Source: Protoeuglena noctilucae
Lineage: Eukaryota
Length of the DNA stretch: 64,000 nucleotides
Assembly: GCA_958009085.1 (NCBI GenBank)
Contig: OY253669.1
Span: 248,001-312,000, forward strand
Direction of reading: 5' to 3'
The notes below the pieces were generated by a model that ran no database searches, was not told the origin of the DNA, and was given only the letters and a program-made list of their open reading frames with translations. The translations under genes were made by a program, and so were the position numbers. Within the stretch, counting starts at the first letter, position 1; each line of letters begins with the position of its first letter. This document shows positions 36,732 through 48,694 of the stretch, in pieces.

Positions 36732-37508
36732 CTACCTGTGGCCCAAAGCCCTTGAGCTCTGGCCCCATATAAGCCTCACCATCATGGGCGCCACCTCGTC
36801 GGGCGTCATCACTTTCCCGAACGGCGTGTCGTCCCCTGGCTCGATCGCCTGGCCAAAGGCGTTCTTGAGCATGTCGGTGTAGACGGGGCCGGGGCACACG
36901 GCGGCGACGGCGATGCCCTTGGGCTGGAGCATCGGCCTCGTTGACCATGGCGTTCGTGAGGGCCGCCTTGGAGCCGCTGTAAGGCAGCGACATGTCGCCG
37001 GCGGCCAGGGACGAGCTGCCGGCGCGCGAAGAGACCGCCAGCACCTTGGACCCGGACTGCGTGTGTGGGGCAACGCGCGCCGAGACCTCGGCTGTGAACA
37101 TGACGGGCTAGCACATGCACGGCACGATCGACGCCCGGCGACTCACGTGGAGCTTGCCGTGAGCCAGGAGGGTGTGTAGCACGACGACGGGCGCCACAGC
37201 ATTCACATGCAGACTCTGGAGCGTCTCGCTGGCGAAGTCGGGGTCCTCCGGCTTCGTGGTGGAGAGGTAGCCCGAGTTGAGGATCAGAACGTCGATGCCG
37301 GGGCTTCCCTCCAGACCGCGCAGGAGATTCGTGATCCCCTCCTCCGTGGTGATGTCGACGTTGGGGATACCTTCGCGCCCGTCGAATCGAGCTCCTCGGA
37401 GCGCTGGCGGCACGTTGCATACACTGTCCCGCCGGCGGACCGGAAGGTCCGGACGAGCGCGAGGCCTATCCCTCGGCTCGCGCCGACGATGAGGACGGTG
37501 GCCGGCAT
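36732..37508 (-). pseudogene. Short-chain dehydrogenase (C-factor/CsgA-like SDR) with two apparent frameshifts
   Basis: TVLIVGASRGIGLALV, IDVLILNSG, VNAVAP, VSSRAGS, YSGSKAAL and AVCPGPVYTDM are spread over different frames. Frame breaks fall near 37368 and 36933 where no intron fits. Confidence 0.7.
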
Positions 37509-37793
37509 GGGTGCTGGTGGCCGCGAGATCGCGCCGCTTCGTTCGAAAGGTGGCCTATCCGAGGTGAGTCGTCAAACTAGACATTGATGTTGATGCGCGA
37601 CCTTCCAATTCCTCTAACTCAGCCAGAAACAGTTGTTCTGTGCCGGAACCTGTCAACAGTCCCACGACCTCGCGAGCTCGCGGCATCTTCCGCTAGATTG
37701 CGTACACCTCAACATCACAGGCGCCTCGGTTCTTCTCTCAGCCAAGCCTGAGGAACTGGTGGCTGGACCACACAGAGTTAGGGTCGTGCCCGA

Positions 37794-38318
37794 ATGTGGA
37801 TCAAACTGGACGTTTACCCGCTCGTGGGAGCGGTCAGCGCAGCCTTCGTGGGTGAGAGGGGCAGCTCTTGTGGCCGAGAGGGCGTTCAAGCGCGCGGCAG
37901 CAGCCTATTCTGCTCCCAACAACCTTTCAACGCCCCGCTCACGCAGCCCTCTCATACGCGACGTTGCACGCCGCCACGTCGTACGAGGACGTCGAGATCA
38001 ACGTTAAGAAGCGGGAGAACTCCTTGGTCGACATCGAGAACCCGGAAGAGCGCGAAAACCTCGGCCACAAGTGACCCCAGTGGCGCGGGCTCCTTCCCAG
38101 GGGTCCACGGGGCCATGGGTCCCCTGGCCTCGTCGCAACGAGAGCCTAGATGCGCGCGTGCGCTCGGCGTCCGCAGGCACATCCACTCCTCCCTGTTCCG
38201 CCGGGCCGTGGAGCGGCACGACCCTCAGGTCTACGACCACCACACGACGGACTACAAGCAGCCCATGATCTTCCCCCTCGGCGAGCGCCTCGCGCGCCTC
38301 TTCAGCATCTCCAAGTAG
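37794..38318 (+). CDS. B12D / NDUFA4(MLRQ)-like protein, paralogue B (3 exons)
   Basis: MWIKLDVYPLVGAVSAAF / LSYATLHAATSYEDVEINVKKREN / HIHSSLFRR, with the same intron positions as paralogue A. Confidence 0.75.
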   Translation: MWIKLDVYPLVGAVSAAFVGERGSSCGREGVQARGSSLFCSQQPFNAPLTQPSHTRRCTPPRRTRTSRSTLRSGRTPWSTSRTRKSAKTSATSDPSGAGSFPGVHGAMGPLASSQREPRCARALGVRRHIHSSLFRRAVERHDPQVYDHHTTDYKQPMIFPLGERLARLFSISK

Positions 38319-38469
38319 TACCGCTACAAGCGGTACCACCAGAGTTGGTCGGAACCCAACCCAAGCCCAGCGGGCGTCATCGTTCCTCCGAGGCAACGGG
38401 GGCCGCCGCCGGCGCCTTGACTGCGGGCACCCGGGCGGGCGCTGGCCGCTTTGCTCGCTGCGACGGCAT

Positions 38470-39018
38470 GCGCTGATTGGCGGCACCCAATGCTTGGGGG
38501 CCTCACCCGTGCGGTGCATCTCCATGTACTTGCGGTTGAGCTGGTGCTCCCTGTCGAGCCTCTGGCGGCTAATGTCAGACGAGGGCTTGATGGACTGCAG
38601 CCGCTTGAACATGGCCAGGTTGTCCTTGGCGATTTTCTCTGCCTGGCGGCGCCGGTTGATCTCCGCGCTGGACTGCTGGGAGGACTTGGGGGCCGCAGAG
38701 CTCCAGGGCTTGTCGTCCGCGAAGCCGTTCTTGCGGGCGGATATCTGAGATATCCGCTGCACCAGGATCTGGTTCTCCCTCTGCGGCCGACGACGGAGGA
38801 CGTCGCGTTGGTGAGGAGGCGCGTGCCGAGGCGGCCGTCAGGGGCCTGTTGACGATGTGACGTGCCGTATCGGACACGTCCATCGCGACGCTCACCTGGA
38901 TTTCGCGCAGGTTGTCCGGGCTGAAGGTCTGGTTCCGGCGGGGGTGGGGGACGGCGCGGGGCACGTGCGGAGGCCCGGAAAACGTCAGGGTCCCCTTGGC
39001 GTTACCGTGCCTGCGCAT
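38470..39018 (-). CDS. CFAP97/hemingway (KIAA1430)-like ciliary protein; 3' end uncertain
   Basis: NQTFSPDNLREIQ/RENQILVQRISQI...SSAEINRRRQAEKIAKDNLAMFKRLQSIKPS matches the KIAA1430 domain pattern. Confidence 0.7.
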
Positions 39019-40325
39019 GAGAGCCAACGCGTAGGTGAGAGAGCCCCCGCCGCGGGCTGGAGCTCCGCCGCGACGGTCTCCAAGCGCGAGGTGCCATGCG
39101 CAGGCCGGTCGACGATGCCCGCCCGTCACCCGCGGCCCTCCAAGGCAGCGCTCGACTCCACCGCTTGAAGCGCATTTACTGTCCTCTGCGCCTCCTCCAC
39201 CTCCGTGTGCGTCGGCGGCGCGGGCGGGGCCTGCGTTGCACAACATTTACCAAAATGTATTTCCGTTTCCCTGCTGCCGCGTCTGCAGGCCGGTCGGGAG
39301 CGAGTGGTTCCCACCAACCAGCGATGGATGGCGAGGGCGACCGCCGCGAGATCCGAGGGCGGCGGGCGGCGTCAACAACTGCCTACTCTAAATCAACGCT
39401 CGCAACACGACTTGGCAATACCTCCGCTGTCTATGCGTCCCAGGTTCGCGCTTCCTCCAGCTCTCACCTCCGCCATCCTCCGTCCCCGGTGTTTCTCGAC
39501 GAGCCTGTCCTCGGCCTGTCAAATGCTTCTGCAACAACAATCCCCCCCCCCCACAGCAACAGCAGCGGCGTCAAAAGCAGAGATTCACTTGCGGGCACGT
39601 GCTATAAGTTTGTGATGTGGCGGGGGCGTTTGACTCACAGAGCTTTGGCTCTTTGCCAGGCTCTCTGGCGGCTTCGATGACCTGCAAGCAACACCAAGCG
39701 CCGGACCGAGCGAGAGAAGCACAGCATCGCGGCCTGCCCTTGGGGAACATCGTTGCAAGGGATTCGCGGAGAGTTTGCGACCGCAGCGCGTGCGATGGCG
39801 ACGCACACGGGGAGCGCCCTCTTGAGACGCGTTTTTAGCTCTGCGGTCACCAGGTGAGCTGGGTTGGACACCGGCGATGCATTCTCATCACATCACATGT
39901 GCGGCTGGGTGTGGTCAGCCACCGTTTTGAATCCTCTCGAGTGTCTGTGGCGCTAGCTGCCACCTGCTTTTCTGGGGGCCATTGGCTCTCCTGGGATGCT
40001 TTCCCGGGACAATGGTATGCCGCGTTGGATGAAATCGCGATATGCGGTATCTCGCTGAGCGGGAACCACGCCAACGTGCCTCGGCGCCCTCAGGCCAACG
40101 CGAGTGCTACTGCCGCACGTCCGGGGATCCTGCGTGCATCCCGGGCGCTATCTTGCCACCGCTCCAGGTGTGGAAGCAAGAATTCTCAGCAATATCAAGT
40201 ATGTCAGTTCCAGATTCCCCAGCCAGGGAGGGGACGCGTAATCGACGAGGTCCGGCCATGCGTCCCCCGCAGGCGCTCGACGCGGCGCTATCGTTCCGCC
40301 CACGGCGACCCAAAAGGCGGCGACA

Positions 40326-42707
40326 ATGAGCACGATGGCTTCCAAGGTCGTGGACGGGATTAGCTTCTTGTCCCAGGCGCAGGCTACGGGTGACGCGCCG
40401 TGCACGGCCCAGCCACAGCCTGGCCCCTCCTCCGCCCCTCCTAAACCCGTCCTCGGGCCTGCCCGCAGCCATCGATGAGGAGCTGATGGGTCCCCTCGGC
40501 TTCTCCGTCGACCAGCTCATGGAGCTGGCGGGCCTGTCGTGTGCCCAGGCCTTGGGCGAGCATTTCCAGGTCGAGGGGTGTCCTCGCGTGCTGGTCGTCG
40601 CCGGCCCCGGGAACAACGGAGGCGACGGCCTGGGTGAGTGGCCATCCACAGGGTGGCGAGTCTCGCGATGAATGCGGGAGACGGGTTGAGCAACGGCACC
40701 GTGCTGTGCGAGTCCCGAACCACGCGCTTCCCGCAGTGCTGGCGCGGCACTTGAGGCAGTTCGATTTCCAGCCCACGGTGTGCTACCCGAGGCGCACGGA
40801 CAAGGACCTGTACCACCGCCTCGTCAAGCAGTGCGAGGGCCTCGGCATCCCCTTTGTGAGCGCCGAGGAGCTCTTGAGCCAGCCCCTCAGGTGCGCCATG
40901 CGCAGCCACCCGCGCCATGCGGAGAGGTAACCTGATACCAGTAACCGGAAACAGCACGGCCAGTCGCACTACGCCGCCTCGCAGGGACCGCTTTGACGTG
41001 GTGGTCGACGCCATGTTCGGCTTCAGCTTCCAGGGCCCTCCCCGTCCGCCTTTCGACCAACTCATCCAGGCCATGCTGCCGCCCGCCAACCCCCCGCCCA
41101 TCCTCTCCATCGACATTCCTTCGGGATGGGACGTGGACCACCCTGCACCCGTCGGTGAGGCTGTGCAGTCGATGGCGAGCACACAGCGACCAACACTTGA
41201 GTTGGGCAAAGTGGGTCAGTGCCGCTGCTTACCTTCAACTCCCCGACGTTCCCCTCGTAGGCGACGCGTCTAAGATCCAGCCAGAGGTCCTGGTGTCCCT
41301 CACGGCACCCAAGCTCTGCGCTCAGGGGTTCACGGGGGTGCACTACCTGGGAGGCCGCTTCGTGCCCCCGCAGATCCGCACCCAGTACGATTTGCAGGTC
41401 AGTCACGGCGTACTGACATGCGCGCAGAGATGCTGAGAGGATGCATACCTGTCTTTGATCAGTGTTTGGCTTGCTGGCTCTTTGCTGGGTCTTAACCACA
41501 GCCATCATTGCAGTTGGAACCCGCGCCAGCCGCGACCGCCACGGCGCCCCGCCCGCCCCCGCAGCTGCCCAAGTACCCCCAGTCGAGTCAGTTTGTACGA
41601 GTGGTGTCGAAAGTGGACAGTGAGACCCTCGCTGGCATGCGGATATCGTATGAGAAGGGAGAGCTGGAGGAGGCGCAGTGTCCCAAGGACCCCCTGGAGC
41701 TGGTGAGTGGACGGATCAAACAATTTCGCTTGCGGCTAAGAAGCGACGGTGGCGCGCTATGCCACTCGACCGCAACAGACGCGCTGGCTGGGACAGCACG
41801 CACATGGGCTCTGCTGTGATATGCGACTTATGCGACTGCCTGCCTGCGTTGCCCCTCCGCAGTTCGGGCGCTGGATGGCCGATGCGGTGAAGGAGTCGAT
41901 TCCGGAGGCCAACGCGATGACGGTGGCGACGTGCTCGGAGGACGGGCGGCCCTCGGCGCGGGTGGTGCTGCTCAAGGGCTTCGATGAAAGGGGCTTGGTT
42001 TTCCACACCAACTACCAGTCGAGGAAGGGCCGCGAGTTAGACGCCACGAGCACGGCTGCGGCGGTGTTCTTCTGGTGAGCGCCACGCTACATGGCAGTGG
42101 GGTGGGCCAGGCCGCCCAGTGAGAGCGGACAGGGCCTGAACCGTGCTGTGCTGTCCGTGTGACGTCTCGCTGCTGAGCTTCACGGGCCGTGTGAGCGAAC
42201 ACAGCGCCTTGCTGCGTGTCTTGCGCAGGGAGCAGCTGCAGCGGCAGGTGCGCGTGGAGGGGTCCGTGTCGCGCGTGCCCGGGGAGGAGTCCGACGCCTA
42301 CTTCGCCTCGAGGCCCCGGGGGTCGCGCATCGGGGCCTGGGTCAGCCACCAGAGCCAGGTCAGTGCCGGACGCGACTCCACGCCCGCCCGGACACCGCTG
42401 TTGTCCAGACTGCTTGCCAGGGCGCCGACCGGCTTGCCTGCGGCTCAGCCACCCATCCTGTGCATGCCCCGCTGCCGCGCAGGTGCTCAAGGGCGGGCGG
42501 GCAGAGCTCGAGGAGCGGGAACGTGCTCTGGCGGAGCAGTACAAGGACGAGTCGCAGGACGTGCCGCGCCCGCCGCACTGGGGCGGCTATGTGCTGCGCC
42601 CGACGCGGGTCGAGTTCTGGCAGGGCAGGCCCAGCCGCCTGCACGACCGCATCCAGTACAGCCAGGGCTCGTCGGGCGAGTGGGTCATGGAGCGCCTGTC
42701 GCCCTGA
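40326..42707 (+). CDS. PDX3: NAD(P)HX epimerase (YjeF_N) - pyridoxine/pyridoxamine 5'-phosphate oxidase fusion
   Basis: [45 protein letters not shown] and [10 protein letters not shown], then EANAMTVAT...[26 protein letters not shown] and RPPHWGGY...[13 protein letters not shown]. The N-terminus may extend upstream. Confidence 0.93.
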
Positions 42708-43301
42708 GCATTTCAGCAGGGCAGAGCAGAGCAGAGCCTGTTAGCTATGCATTGGTGCGGCTGGTGCCAGCAAGTGCTTTCCACGTCACTTTCAACCCCT
42801 CGCATGTCTAGCAATGGCATCCTGGACCGGAGGCCTCAGGTGCCGCAATGCGGGGGCGCCCGCTTGACAGCGCCTACGATCGGCACCCACCGCCGTTGGC
42901 TTGGTAGGGCAGGGCGGCCAGGCTGAAAAATCATGCATCCTCCCTGGTACGTATGGTATGCCCCAAGTGACACACCTGCCACGGGGAGCGGTGCGGGGGA
43001 GTCCGCCCCTCCAAGACTTGAGTCCCACAAACACCGAGAAAGGCAAGCTACATATCCGTTCATCCAAGCGGCGACCACCTCATCGACCGTGGCACGTCCA
43101 CGCCCGTCGCCCTGCCCCCGGTCGTCGTGCCGGACCACCGCAGGCACCCGTGAGGCCGCCACCCTCTGGGCGAGCCCGTCTTAGAGCCCCCCCGGCGTTG
43201 CGGTGGCCGCGCCGCCTCGCCACCACCTCCACCGCGCAGCGCAGCGCGGGTGCGCCGGCCCACACCACTGCCCGTGTGAGAGCGTCCCCGTGAACCGCCC
43301 A

Positions 43302-45654
43302 TCATCGCGCTGTGGCCTGTGCCCGCGTCCGCGCCTGGGCCTCGATCGACTGCCACTTCTGCGCCCTCTGCTGCTCAACCTGGTCCTGCAGAAGCGGCGG
43401 TGAGGGACGACCTCAGCAGCTGTTGCATGCCTCGCGCCCCTGTCCCGCCCCCGCCACCAGCCAGCCCAGAAATCGCCTAGCGCAGCAGCCGGGCGGCACG
43501 GCGACGCACCCGCAGCCTCTCCTCCTCCCGGTACTTGCGCTCGCACTCCTCGTACAGCGCCGCGTCCATCTCCTGGAACATCTTGCGCACGTTGAGCGTC
43601 TGCGGGGTGCGCGGTCAATAAGGTCAATAAAATTACCATATTGAGACCAGGACTTGTCGTACACAACAGCTGACGGGCAGAGGCACGGCTTGGCGAATGA
43701 GGCGGTCCGTAGGCGGGCTGAGGTGCCAGACAAGGGGTGAAGGGCACGGCACAGCGTACGAGCCAGGAAAGGTCGAGGCAGGGCATGCGGGCCCTCACCA
43801 GGGAGTGGACCGCGGCATTCCAGTGGTCGGCGTTCCGCTCGAGCGCGCCGAACACCACCGGGAGGATCGCGTGGCGGTTGCTGGCCACCAGGTGCACGAT
43901 GTACTCTGCGTCGGGCACACGCCAGGAACGTCAGGAGCGGTGGCCCCCACATGGGCTGCGGCACCGCTTCGCCCCCCAGCGCGGCGCTCACCGTTGTTCC
44001 ACAAGAACAGGGCCCTCTCCGCGACCTGGAAGTGGCTCGAGTTGAGGCACTGGGCCACCTGCCGGAAGAGCGGCTTCATGACCTGGGCGAACTCCGGCGC
44101 CTGAGTCAGCTCGAGGATCTCCTCCATCTCCCCCAGGAACAGCACCTCCTTCTGGCTGTTCGTGGCCGGCCAGTACCACAGCAGCGCCTGCAGCACCGGC
44201 GCCGTCAGCTTCGCGTCCTTCTCCACGAACTGGGTCACGCAGTAGGCCAGCTGCTGGTGGTACATCGCCACGCACTTGGGCTTGTGCAGCGGCATCAGAG
44301 CCCTGCAGGGGAGCCGGAGATGAATGGCGTCAGGGTGCGTCTGACTGAGGCGAGCGATGCGCGCCCGACGGGGGCGGCGCGGTCGCGGACTGCAGTCGGC
44401 CCCAGCACAGAGCTCTCAGCGCTCACCGGTGCAGGAACTGCTTGTGCTCCTCCTTAAGCGGCAGCGCGAACCCGTTGATGATGGAACCGAGGATCTCCAG
44501 GAGCTCCGCGACGCCGTTGTGGCGCTCCGTCTCAAAGATGAAGCGGTAGAAGACGTGGTGGATGGCCTTGCGGATGAAGGGGCGGTGCACCATGAACTTG
44601 CCGTACACCCGGTGCAGTATCGTCTTGAGGTAGTCGCGCTCCCGAGGGTCCTCCGAATCAAACAGCTCCAGCAGGCACAGCACAAAGTGGTGGTCGATGT
44701 GCCGCTTGGCCACCTGCGGGGCGCGAGGGAGAAGCGGAGCGGTCGCATGTGCGGGCATACTCAGCTCGCACAGTCGCCCGAGAGGCCGGTGCGCAGGTCT
44801 ACACCAGGTCTAACGGTCGACCGCCAGCGCTGCCGCCACCAACCCTGGCCCGCGCCAGCCCCGCCAGTCTCCCCAAGCGAACCCTCCCAGTTGCGCGCAT
44901 TGCACCCCGCTCCCGCTCCCGCCGCACCACCACCACCACCACCACCACCACCACCGCCGCCGCCGCCCACCTTGGCGTCCGTGTCGTTGGACACCACGTA
45001 GCGCAGGAGGAACTCGTACACGATCTGTAGGTGGGGCCATGCGGGCTCCAGGTTGGGCTCCTCCTCCTCCGGGTCGAACGAGTCCGCGTCCCCCGAGTTG
45101 CGTGGCGCGGGGAGGCCCCGGAACAGGTTGTTGGAGATCATGTGGATGACGTCCTCGCTGACGACCTCGGTGAACTTGCCCTGCCCGCCCGACGGGTTGA
45201 CGTAGTCGACGAGCTCCAGGAGGTTCTGGCGCTTGATCTCCTTCTCCATGACGTGCTTGTTGGGGTCGGTGAAGTCGAAGACGAAGCTGCACAGGTGGAG
45301 CTTCTTGACGAAAAGGGTCTGCCGCTCCGAGGCCGGCACGTCGCGGAAGCTCGGGAGGGGCTCGGAGTAGATCTGCCGCATGGACTCCTCGGTCAGCTTG
45401 GGCAGCGGGGGCTTGTCGACCGAGGGGGCGGGGCGCGCTGCCGGCACCGACCCGGAGGCGGTGCGGGACGACGGCGCCGCGGACGTGGACGCCGTCGTGC
45501 GCCCCGCGGGCCCCTTGGCGGGACCCATGCTGCTAGTGGTGCTCTGGCTGGCGGAGTGGCTGCCCGTGGTTGCGCTGGATGTCACGGCCCCCACCAGTGG
45601 CCCATCGGCTGCCCCTGCTGGCTTCTTGAACCTGTTCTTGAGGATGCCCTTCAT
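43302..45654 (-). CDS. Protein phosphatase 2A regulatory subunit B' (B56)
   Basis: [74 protein letters not shown] and [18 protein letters not shown]. Confidence 0.96.
44925..44968. repeat. (CCA)n/(CCG)n microsatellite at the start of a PP2A-B' intron
   Basis: About 9 CCA units followed by CCG units. Confidence 0.85.
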
Positions 45655-46928
45655 AATTCCATCCTCTGCGGGCACCGAAGGGGGGGCGGGCGCGGTCGCA
45701 CAAGGCGAGGCGCGCCCCCAGCACGACACGCCCAGATCAAGGGGCAACGCGGGGCGTCCCGCGACCGCCGATGCCATCATCGGGGCAGGTCCGCGAAACA
45801 GCGTCCTCGCGTCCGGCAAAAGGCGGCGGGGAGGGGCCCAGGGCCCAGAAACCATGGCGGCGACATGCTCGAAGGGGCGAAACGACCCTGCGCGGTTCAG
45901 GGCGGGTCCCACGGGGATAGTCGCAGTCCACAGGGCGCACGGGACCGTCCTGTGATGTCGCACGGGCCGAGCGAAGGCCGGGGCGAGGGCAGGTCCCGGC
46001 AAAGCGCGCTGTCGAGCGCCCGAAGGAGCAGGCATCCGCGCGACGCCCCCAGGACCCCCGATGACGTGGGCAACAGATCAAATGACACCTCGAAATTATC
46101 CGCGCGAATTCGGGCCTCGCTCGGGTGGCACCGGCGGCAAAGTCGCAAGGCCGCCCGGTTGACGCCCGGTCGCGCGCGCTCGGTCCGTTCCCGAGCTCAT
46201 CGCGAAGCAAGGACACGCTCAAGCGCAGCCAGGGGCGCCGAGGAGGTCAGCAACAGCTCCCGCACCCCAGCAACCCACCTCACCGCCCCAGGACCGCCTG
46301 GGGAAGACGCCTCGTGTTCGCTCCGAGTCTGATGCCACCCGTTCCACCCGCCTCTGCCGGAGCCGGCTCCTCCCTCGCGCCACAGGGCAGGCAGAGAATC
46401 CGTACGTCCGAAATCCCCTTGTCCGCTGCTACCATACGCCTATCGACCCCAGCAAGCCACGGTGTCGGGAAGCGCGCGCGCAGGGAAAGGGGGGCTCCAC
46501 GCACAGCGACGCGCCGTGATCTGTGCAAGTGCGCCGGGCTGGGGCACGCGGGCGGCAGAGCCAAAGCGCCTTGGACAACTGGACATGACGCTGGCGATCC
46601 CCGGCTGCTGAGCAAAGGCGCGCGACAGGCGGAGAGGTCTGACGTGACGCCGCCATGCCAGAGGCCGACAAAGCGAGGCGACGAGGGCTTAATTCCAACA
46701 TTTCGCTGCGTCTTGCAGTTCCAGGAACCGAGAATCAGCTGGCCGCGTTCCAGGACCTGGCGATATGGCTGCGGCCGGGAGGGATGGCTCTTGCGCCCTC
46801 TCGGGGCCCATCTGCCGGCCCTTGCCCTGCCCAAAGGTGCGTGCTGGTGCAGCGCGGGGGTAATGGCGTTGTCTTGACGGATCGGGTGGACTACAAGCGC
46901 GTCCAGTGCCCCAGTCGCCCTCGCCGCG

Positions 46929-48519
46929 ATGTCTGGGCTGCGAGGCTCTGGGGAGGCGCCGGCCGCAGTCCGATGGCGATACCCGGCTCGTGCTTTGCAG
47001 ACGCGGGGTTGGGGGAGGGCCTTAGCAACACCGGCGCGCCCTCGGATCCGTCATGGAGCTGCCAACGTGGACCGGGCGACCCACAACGAGACGCAGCGGA
47101 CGTATTTCGACGCGTGCGTCCCTCTGTTCGAGGTGACCTCCGTCGCCCGCTGTCTGCGCTTGTTGCACATGATGCCGCAAGTGCATGACGTGGCAACAAG
47201 CCGTCCCTGTCGCGCAGGAGCCCCTGCCTGAAGAGGTCCAGCAGCGTCTCGACCGCATTGCCGCGTCCGTGCCCGACCTGGGCCCCGAGAGCCGCATCGT
47301 GGACGTGGGCAGTGGGACGGGGTGCTTGGTGGGCCCCCTGCAGCGCCGGGGCGTGCGGGACATCTTGGCCGTGGACCTCTCGCCATCCATGCTCGCATCG
47401 CTCGAGGCGCGGCACGGCCAGGCGCCACCCCTCGGCAACGACCTCGCCGTGCGCACCTGGTGCGGGGACGTCGTCGACCTTCCCGACTTCGCACTCCAGG
47501 GATCCGATGCCGTCTTCTTCAATGCGTGTTTTGGAAACGTCGCCGACCAGCGCCTCGCCCTGCTCCGCCCCGCGCTCCTGCTCCGCCCCGGCGGCCGCAT
47601 CGTCCTCTCGCATCCGTTGGGATGCCACTTCGTCGAGGAGCTTCATGAACAAGAGCCCCACATCGTGCTGCACGCCCTCCCCGACCGCTCGCAGCTTGAT
47701 GCCCTCGTCCAGGACTTGCCCCTCCGCGTCGAGGAGTTCGTCGACGAGGACGATTTCTTCCTCGCCGTGCTCTCTGTACCTCCCCTGTACCAGGTGTGGC
47801 CCGCGAGGGTGCACGTGCCGCACTCATGTCGTCCCTTGCAGAGACATACAGACCCTTCGCCGATTGTACTGCAGCGCGATGGGCTTCCTTGCGTCCTCGA
47901 GGGCCCCGTCGTCCGGGGCTTCGGCCGTGGGAGCAAGGAGATGGGGGTGCCGACCGCCAACATTGACCCGACTGCGGTCGCGGACGAGACTGCGGGGTGG
48001 CCGGCGGGGGTCTACTATGGCTGGGCGAGGCTCGTGACGCCAGGCATGCCGGAGGAGGAGGCCGCAGTTCGCGGAATGGGTGAGGAGGCAGGGCAGCGGC
48101 TGTTTGTCAGTCGGTGTCGGTGGTGGTGTTCGCGCCCACATCCAGGAGCTGCCCTCGCAGTGATGAACGTGGGGGTGCGGCCGACGATCGGGGACGGGAC
48201 GGGGCTGTCGGTGGAGGTGCACTTGTTGGGGGGCACCTGGCCGCGCGACTTTTACGGGGAGACGCTGAGGCAAGTGTTTGCAAGCCGGGGCAGGGTCGAG
48301 ATGGCAAGAGCGGGCGGGGTGACAAGTTGACTGGAGCACGTTCGGTCAACCTTTGCTGCATGCAGGGTGGCGGTGATCGGGTACCTTCGACCTGAGATGA
48401 AGTTCCCGTCCCTGGGGGAGCTCGTAGCACAGATACGGGCTGACATCGCGCTGGCGACCAACATGCTAGCGACGGAGGGCGCTCACGCCGCGCGTTCGTC
48501 CCTTCAAGAAACCGTTTGA
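46929..48519 (+). CDS. Class I SAM-dependent methyltransferase fused to a riboflavin kinase
   Basis: MTase part: RIVDVGSGTG, LAVDLSPSML, DAVFFNACFGN and LRPGGRIVLSHP. RFK part: GPVVRGFGRGSKEMGVPTAN, GVYYGWA, VMNVGVRPT, VEVHLL, DFYGETLR and GYLRPEMKF...QIRADI. Confidence 0.8.
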
Positions 48520-48694
48520 CGCAAGCGATAACGATAACCATGTCGCGATGGCTGAGCCCGACTGTCCGTGGCCCGCCTAGCCCATACAACGCCGCGGGCA
48601 GGTAGAGTAGAGAGATTCGTCACAGATAGCGGGCGTCGGATAACGCATTGGATAACGCAATGGCACGGAATGGTCCGATTGTACTCTTGTTGCC

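Noticed and set aside
40326..42707. YjeF_N-PNPOx fusion as a novelty
   Set aside because: This is the established architecture of plant PDX3/PPOX.
32338..48519. Possible cofactor/metabolite-repair gene cluster (ARD, SDR, PDX3, RFK)
   Set aside because: The genes are interspersed with unrelated housekeeping genes on both strands, and I see no shared regulatory signal.
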